This document shows, in pieces, positions 43,078 to 48,369 of a stretch of DNA of 48,369 nucleotides. The stretch's first letter is position 1. Every line of letters starts with the position of its first letter. A program made the translations under genes and the position numbers. This DNA is from an uncultured Treponemataceae bacterium (GTDB taxonomy: Bacteria; Spirochaetota; Spirochaetia; Treponematales; Treponemataceae), in contig CAYJMR010000001.1 of assembly GCA_964371375.1 (NCBI GenBank), positions 1-48,369 of the forward strand. The letters run 5' to 3'. The notes under the pieces are model-generated. The model was not told the origin of the DNA and did no database searches. It saw only the letters and a list, made by a program, of their open reading frames with translations.

Positions 43078-44871
43078 ATGTATTTAAGAAAAACCAAAAT
43101 TGTATGTTCAATGGGTCCTACTGTCGATAATGACGAAATAGTTGAAAAACTTATATTAAGTGGGATGAATGTTGCACGATTTAACTTTTCTCATGGAGAC
43201 CATGAAGAGCATCGCGCACGTATGGAAAGGGTAAAAAAATGCGCAACGAAGCTTGGCAAAACTATTGCTCTTTTATTAGATACTAAAGGGCCTGAAATTA
43301 GAACAGGCAGTGTTCTTGATGGCGGAAAGGTTTCTTTTCATGCTGGAGAAACAGTTATTGTTACTGTTGATGATGCTCTCACGACAGGGGCAAATGAAAG
43401 CATGCCAGGAAGAATTGCGTTAAACTGGAAAGACTTTCCCTCTCGTGCAAAAAAAGGGGTCAAGGTTTTAATTGCAGATGGCTTACTGGAATTAGAAGTA
43501 GAGAAAAACGATGGAACAGAAGTTGTTTGTACCGTAAAAAATAATGCAGAAATCGGAAGCAAAAAAAATGTAAATATAATAGGAATTCATGCAGGGCTTC
43601 CCATAATGACAGAAAACGATAAAGCAGATATTGCTTTTGGTGTTAGTATGGATATAGATTTTGTGGCAGCAAGTTTTGTAAGCTTTGCTTCGGAAGTTGT
43701 AGAGATACGAGAATATCTTGCTTCTTTGGGTTCGAAGGCTCGAATTATTTCTAAAATAGAAAATGAGGAAGGTTTAGATAATATAAAAGAAATTATCGAA
43801 GCTTCTGATGGGATTATGGTTGCCCGTGGTGACTTAGGTGTACAGCTTCCAACTGAACGCATCCCTCTTGCGCAAAAGCATATAATTGCAGAGTGTCATA
43901 AAGCAGGAAAACCTGTAATTACTGCAACCCAAATGCTCGATTCGATGATTGTTAATCCAAGACCAACAAGGGCTGAGCTTACCGATGTTGCCAATGCCAT
44001 TTTGGACGGAACGGATGCGGTAATGTTATCGGGAGAAACAGCAAATGGTTCATACCCGATCGAAGCCGTCGAAACATTGAATAGAATTGCGACCTGTGTT
44101 GAACCTTCACTTGAGTTTAAAATGAAAATGCGCGAAAGAAAAACACTTATTCGTCGTGAAAATATGTCACAAATTACTGCTCACAGTGCGTATATGACTG
44201 CACGCGATATTGAAGCCGCAGCTATGATAGCTCCAACATTGAGCGGAAATACTGCACGAACATTAAGTATGTTTAGGCCAGAACAACCAATTTTAGCCAT
44301 GACAACTAAAGAAAAAAGTGCTCGCCAATTACAATTGCATTGGGGTGTTTTTCCTTTTATAACAAACATTGCTAGCGATTCAGAAGAAATGATTCAAAAT
44401 GCTGTAAAACTAGCAATAGATAATAAGGCTGTAGCCATGACGGATCGCGTTGTTGTTTGTGCGGGGATACCTCTTTCGAGTCCCGTAATGACAAATACAG
44501 TTAGAATATTACTTGTTGGGAATATTCTAGGCCGTGGTTCAGTAGGAGGGAGTGCAAACCCTGAAAAAACACGCGTTAGTGGGCGCATTGTAAGAGCAAG
44601 TAGCGGAGAAGAAGCTTTTTTAAGTATTGGAAAAAAAGTAGGAGAAATACTGCTATGTCCTCATATTACTGAAGAATTCCTTCCTCTTTTGAGAGTTGTT
44701 GATTGTGTAATCTCAGAAGGAGAAAATCTTCTTAGCCCTGAAGTTATAAATTTAATTAATCCAAATTTAATTTGGTTATCACAAGTGCGAGATGCCTCAA
44801 AAGTTTTTGAAAGTGGACTAACGGTTACGGTTGATGCAAAAGAGCTTCTTGTGTATGAAGGTATGGTATAA
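43078..44871 (+). CDS. pyk: pyruvate kinase with C-terminal PEP-utilizer (swivel)-like extension
   Basis: Start moved to 43078 (MYLRKTKIVCSMGPT); the track start at 43015 would run through the rpmB terminator. Motifs NFSHG, LLDTKGPEIR, MVARGDLGV, ATQMLDSM, MLSGETA. An extra C-terminal domain of about 110 aa resembles that of Geobacillus-type PK. Confidence 0.9.
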   Translation: MYLRKTKIVCSMGPTVDNDEIVEKLILSGMNVARFNFSHGDHEEHRARMERVKKCATKLGKTIALLLDTKGPEIRTGSVLDGGKVSFHAGETVIVTVDDALTTGANESMPGRIALNWKDFPSRAKKGVKVLIADGLLELEVEKNDGTEVVCTVKNNAEIGSKKNVNIIGIHAGLPIMTENDKADIAFGVSMDIDFVAASFVSFASEVVEIREYLASLGSKARIISKIENEEGLDNIKEIIEASDGIMVARGDLGVQLPTERIPLAQKHIIAECHKAGKPVITATQMLDSMIVNPRPTRAELTDVANAILDGTDAVMLSGETANGSYPIEAVETLNRIATCVEPSLEFKMKMRERKTLIRRENMSQITAHSAYMTARDIEAAAMIAPTLSGNTARTLSMFRPEQPILAMTTKEKSARQLQLHWGVFPFITNIASDSEEMIQNAVKLAIDNKAVAMTDRVVVCAGIPLSSPVMTNTVRILLVGNILGRGSVGGSANPEKTRVSGRIVRASSGEEAFLSIGKKVGEILLCPHITEEFLPLLRVVDCVISEGENLLSPEVINLINPNLIWLSQVRDASKVFESGLTVTVDAKELLVYEGMV

Positions 44872-44879
44872 CAAGTTAG

Positions 44880-46295
44880 ATGAAAAGAAAAAGAAACGAT
44901 GATGAACATGAAGAAGATATTTCTCTTGAAAAACGTGTAAAATATAAAAATTTGCCTCTTCTGGTTATTGTTGGGCGGCCAAATGTTGGAAAGTCAACCT
45001 TATTCAATAGACTATTACATCAGCGGCGTGTAATAACTGATCCAACACCAGGTGTAACGAGAGATCCTGTTGAAGAAGAGGCCTTTATTGCAGACAAACC
45101 TGTTCGGATTATGGATACAGGTGGATTTAAGCTTGACCGCGATATTGGTACAATGGAAGCCGTTTTGGATGAGCTTGTTGTACAAAAAACGCTTGAAGCA
45201 TTAAAAAAGGCAGACCTTATACTTTTACTGTTAGATGCAACTGAAACCACTGGTGAAGACGAAGAGTTTATTTCTCTTTTGAGGCCCTATTGGAAAAAAG
45301 TTGTTGCCGCTGTAAATAAAACTGAAGGTGGACGATTCGAGAGCGAAGCATATAATTTTCATCGTTTTGGCTTCCAGGACTTACTTTGTATTTCTGCAGA
45401 ACATGGCGACCATATACCTGATCTTTGTGAACTCCTCATTTCAAAAATGGATTTTTCAAAAGTAAAAGAAGGTGAAGAAAAAGAACTTATCAAGCTTGCT
45501 GTTATGGGAAAGCCAAATACTGGGAAGTCTACTTTATGTAATCTCCTAACAGGGACGGAAGCCTCGATTGTGAGTGATTATGCAGGAACGACACGAGATG
45601 TTGTGGAAGGTTACTTTATGCACAAGGGGAAAAACTTCCAAGTGCTCGATACAGCAGGTATACGACGTAAAGCAAAAGTTAAAGAAAATGTTGAATACTA
45701 CTCTGTAAATAGAGCTATAAAAACTTTAAATAAAGCTGATGTTGTTTTATATCTCATCGATGCCCAAGAGGGGTTAACAGAACAAGACAAAAAAGTTATA
45801 GGTCTTGCTAATGACAGAGGATGTGGTATAATTTTTGTTTTAAACAAGTGGGACACACAAGACCAAGAGAGAAAAACGGCAAGAAAAGCAGAAGAATATA
45901 TACGCATTATGTTTGGGCATATGGCATATGTACCAATTGTGCAGATTTCGGCTCTTGAGAATAGTGGTATAAAACCACTTTTAAATACTTCCATTGAATT
46001 ATACAATCAGCTTACGAGAAAGGTAGATACGGCCTCACTCAATACTGCATTAACTGACTGGGTGGCGGCAGCGCCGCCTCATTCAACAGGGCCTGGGCGA
46101 GTAAAGGTTCGGTATATTGTGCAAACAGGGGTAAACCCTGTAAGCTTTTTGCTTTTTGCAACAAGGCCGGATTATTTGCCTGCTTCTTATTTATCTTATA
46201 TACGAAATAAAATACGAGAAGATCTTGGCTATTCAAAAATTCCTGTTTTAGTTGAATTGAAAGCAAGTAGAAAAAAATGGGAAGAGCGAGGGTAA
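44880..46295 (+). CDS. der: ribosome-biogenesis GTPase Der (EngA), two G domains + KH-like domain
   Basis: 471 aa. G1 motifs GRPNVGKST and GKPNTGKST, DTGG/DTAG, NKTE/NKWD. The 25-aa acidic N-terminal extension is unusual, but no alternative start exists. Confidence 0.9.
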   Translation: MKRKRNDDEHEEDISLEKRVKYKNLPLLVIVGRPNVGKSTLFNRLLHQRRVITDPTPGVTRDPVEEEAFIADKPVRIMDTGGFKLDRDIGTMEAVLDELVVQKTLEALKKADLILLLLDATETTGEDEEFISLLRPYWKKVVAAVNKTEGGRFESEAYNFHRFGFQDLLCISAEHGDHIPDLCELLISKMDFSKVKEGEEKELIKLAVMGKPNTGKSTLCNLLTGTEASIVSDYAGTTRDVVEGYFMHKGKNFQVLDTAGIRRKAKVKENVEYYSVNRAIKTLNKADVVLYLIDAQEGLTEQDKKVIGLANDRGCGIIFVLNKWDTQDQERKTARKAEEYIRIMFGHMAYVPIVQISALENSGIKPLLNTSIELYNQLTRKVDTASLNTALTDWVAAAPPHSTGPGRVKVRYIVQTGVNPVSFLLFATRPDYLPASYLSYIRNKIREDLGYSKIPVLVELKASRKKWEERG

Positions 46296-46298
46296 AGT

Positions 46299-46634
46299 AT
46301 GGCTGGTTTTTCAATTGGTGAAGTTGAAGACATTACCGGTGTAAAAGCTCATACTTTACGATATTGGGAAGAGGTTATACCCTCTTTTTCGCCATCAAAG
46401 GGCGATGGGGGCCGACGTTCCTATACAAAAACAGATATTCAGCTTATTTTTCGGTTAAATCATTTAATTACGGAAAAAAAATTTACCATTGAGGGCGCAA
46501 GAAACCAGCTCATAAGTGAAAGTGCACTTTCACCCTTGGAGCAAACTACAATCCCGGAAATAAATAGTATGAGATCAGATTTACTTGACCTATACTCTGC
46601 TTTAAAAGAAAAACGAAAAGGCAAATCTTTATGA
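46299..46634 (+). CDS. MerR-family transcriptional regulator (small)
   Basis: 111 aa. FSIGEVEDITGVKAHTLRYWEE is a MerR-type HTH. 4-nt overlap with the next gene. Confidence 0.75.
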   Translation: MAGFSIGEVEDITGVKAHTLRYWEEVIPSFSPSKGDGGRRSYTKTDIQLIFRLNHLITEKKFTIEGARNQLISESALSPLEQTTIPEINSMRSDLLDLYSALKEKRKGKSL

Positions 46635-47794
46635 AAGTTATAACAGAAAAAAAAACGTCTTTGTTTGCATCGCTTGACGAGGATTCTCAAAAGGTTCTTA
46701 ACTCGTTCGATGAAATAGTACAAGGTGTGCAAAGTCTTTCCTCAAAACAGCAAAGAGAACTTCCTCAGAATATTCGCCGTCTTTCGCATGAATTAACTGA
46801 TGAGAGACAGCTGCGAAAGTCAGGGTACATGAATGAGGCCGCAAGGTTATCGGCTTATACGCGATATTTTATGTGGTGGAATTTAGTACGCCTTACTTCT
46901 GTATTTTCTGCTTTGAGTGATGATGCCTTTTCTGCTATAAAAGACGGCGATTATTGCTTAGATTTAGGCTCTGGGCCTCTTACGCTGCCTATTGCACTTT
47001 ATTTAGCGAGGCCTGATTTACGAAATAAAAAACTTACCTGGTATTGTGTTGATATTTCGCAAAATGCCCTTACGCTTGGCGAAAATATTCTTTTATCTGT
47101 TATGGCAAAGCTTCCAGGAGCTGAGTGGAATGTAATGCGTATTAAGGGTGAACTGGGCACTAAGATTAAATATCCTGCGAGTCTAGTAACATGTGCAAAT
47201 ATGTTTAATGAACTTTTTTGGAATACAAATAAGCCCTTGGAAGAACTTTCTAAAAAGTATGGTACATCTTTACTGCAATATGCAAAGAAAGAAAGCCTCT
47301 TTTTTATTGCAGAACCCGGTATCCCTCGTTCTGCTAGATTTGTTTCTCTTTTGAGAGACTTTATGATGAGAAAGAGCTTTTCTATTTTATCTCCATGCAC
47401 GCATGATGAAAAGTGTCCAATGGACGGAAGAAAAGGCCAAAAATGGTGTCACTTTGTATTAGACGGAAGTGTAGCGCCAAAGGGACTGCAAAAAATGTCT
47501 ACAAGCGCAGGGCTTACAAAAGATAGGGCTTCGATTAGTTTTGTGTTTGCATCGAGCATAAAAAAATCTGAAAAAAAATCTAGCACCATTCGAGTTATAT
47601 CAGACTCTATTGTAGTACCTTTAGGGGAAAAAAAGAAAAAAGGGCGTTATGCTTGCGCTCCATGGGGCTTAACCTTGGCAATGGAAGGCAAAGGGCAATA
47701 CGCCTCGGGTGATGAAGTTGAGTGTACTCTTAGAAAAGATGAGATTTCAAAACTTCCAATAGATGGTAAAACAAAGGCAAAGATAATAATGTGA
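46631..47794 (+). CDS. Rsm22-like SAM-dependent methyltransferase
   Basis: 387 aa. SAM motif I is CLDLGSGPLT. Cys cluster CTHDEKCPM...KWCHF resembles the Rsm22-family metal-binding motif. Assignment is from memory of the family. Confidence 0.55.
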   Translation: MKVITEKKTSLFASLDEDSQKVLNSFDEIVQGVQSLSSKQQRELPQNIRRLSHELTDERQLRKSGYMNEAARLSAYTRYFMWWNLVRLTSVFSALSDDAFSAIKDGDYCLDLGSGPLTLPIALYLARPDLRNKKLTWYCVDISQNALTLGENILLSVMAKLPGAEWNVMRIKGELGTKIKYPASLVTCANMFNELFWNTNKPLEELSKKYGTSLLQYAKKESLFFIAEPGIPRSARFVSLLRDFMMRKSFSILSPCTHDEKCPMDGRKGQKWCHFVLDGSVAPKGLQKMSTSAGLTKDRASISFVFASSIKKSEKKSSTIRVISDSIVVPLGEKKKKGRYACAPWGLTLAMEGKGQYASGDEVECTLRKDEISKLPIDGKTKAKIIM

Positions 47795-47834
47795 GTATCT
47801 GTACAAAAAAGGATTATTCTATTATAATTAACTC

Positions 47835-48369
47835 ATGAGTGAATCTTCAAATAAACGAAACAGAGCAGGTGTTGCCGCTGTTTTTTGGATTGTCTTGGCA
47901 CTAATTCTTCTTATTGTATTTCTTGTAAATCAAGATAATATCGTACGAATTTTAAAAGATACAAACTTTTTTGTTCACGTGTTTGGAGAAGAGCCTGAGT
48001 TTATTGCAAATTACAACTTGCCAGAAAAAGAATCATCTGATGAAGATGTAATCATCTTAGGAGAAAGTGAGGCACATCAGGAGACTATTAATTTACAGCC
48101 ATCCATAACTCCTTCTCAAGAAGATACATCGATTAATGATATAGTTATTCAAGAAAGAGAAGAAGATGTTACAGTGAGCGTTACCGAAACTGAAGTTAAG
48201 CCTACTTCGCCTGTAGTGCAAGAGGTGACTTCAAAACAATATTTGTATTTTGTGTTTGTAAATGGCGATGGAACCGTTGAAAGAAAAGAAACTATTAGAA
48301 CCGTTCCGAGAAGTACAACCCCTCTTACTGCTTCACTGAATGCCTTGCTTGAAGGTCCAAATGCAGAAG
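47835..48369 (+). CDS. membrane-anchored protein with C-terminal GerMN-like domain (partial, continues right of window)
   Basis: ATG at 47835, open to the window end. MSESSNKRNRAGVAAVFWIVLALILLIVFLV is an N-terminal TM anchor, followed by an acidic linker. LYFVFVNGDGTVERKETIRTVPRSTTPLTASLNALLEGP resembles the start of GerMN domains. Confidence 0.5.
   Translation, partial: MSESSNKRNRAGVAAVFWIVLALILLIVFLVNQDNIVRILKDTNFFVHVFGEEPEFIANYNLPEKESSDEDVIILGESEAHQETINLQPSITPSQEDTSINDIVIQEREEDVTVSVTETEVKPTSPVVQEVTSKQYLYFVFVNGDGTVERKETIRTVPRSTTPLTASLNALLEGPNAE

Noticed and set aside
1-48369. Mobile elements, integrases, toxin-antitoxin or defence-island signatures, tRNA or rRNA genes.
   Set aside because: No transposase, integrase or recombinase-like ORF and no terminal inverted repeats were seen. 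No intergenic region is long enough (maximum about 310 bp) or cloverleaf-like for RNA genes. Gene content is metabolic or housekeeping throughout.

Overview
48.4-kb low-GC chromosomal segment with about 42 protein-coding genes on both strands. I found no rRNA, tRNA, CRISPR array, IS or transposase, or prophage signature. The style suggests an anaerobic, host-associated bacterium, possibly a Treponema-like spirochaete: many GGDEF/EAL proteins, a FlgD-Ig/OmpA envelope protein, and TGn extended -10 promoters. I cannot verify taxonomy without a search.

Gene content, left to right:
- split chromate-transporter pair, a lipoprotein, and an NCS2 purine permease
- ridA-NTPase pair, divergent from a translationally coupled pair of unknown membrane proteins
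- two tandem 656-aa 7TM-GGDEF(degenerate)-EAL paralogs
- aroF-tyrA operon
- beta-barrel plus 8x FlgD-Ig/OmpA envelope operon
- gntR-cof-ptsI operon, divergent from ptsH
- L-ascorbate-type PTS (ulaC-ulaA-ulaB), divergent from ulaG and ulaE-X-ulaF
- HDAC-family deacetylase
- polar amino-acid ABC transporter
- GPH symporter plus GH36 alpha-galactosidase
- dual-SBP/EAL phosphodiesterase plus a sensor diguanylate cyclase
- 4-gene ABC importer
- rpmB, pyk, der, a MerR regulator, an Rsm22-like methyltransferase, and a partial GerMN-like gene

Most interesting observations:
1. A 20-codon mini-ORF (MNKNYFYYYYFSQTHTGAHL) with seven consecutive Tyr/Phe codons sits upstream of aroF-tyrA. It is followed by complementary antiterminator/terminator elements and looks like a ribosome-mediated aromatic amino-acid attenuator.
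2. The ascorbate (ula) cluster has no ulaD (3-keto-L-gulonate-6-P decarboxylase) in this window. An uncharacterised 345-aa repeat/propeller-like ORF is embedded between ulaE and ulaF.
3. A perfect FadR/GntR-type palindrome lies on the predicted transcription start of the ula PTS genes.
4. An overlapping beta-barrel / 8x FlgD-Ig-OmpA operon has an 11-bp inverted repeat over its promoter.
5. The window is dense in c-di-GMP genes, with tandem degenerate-GGDEF/EAL paralogs and an adjacent PDE/DGC pair.

All functional calls rest on motif and family recognition by eye. No database search was run.
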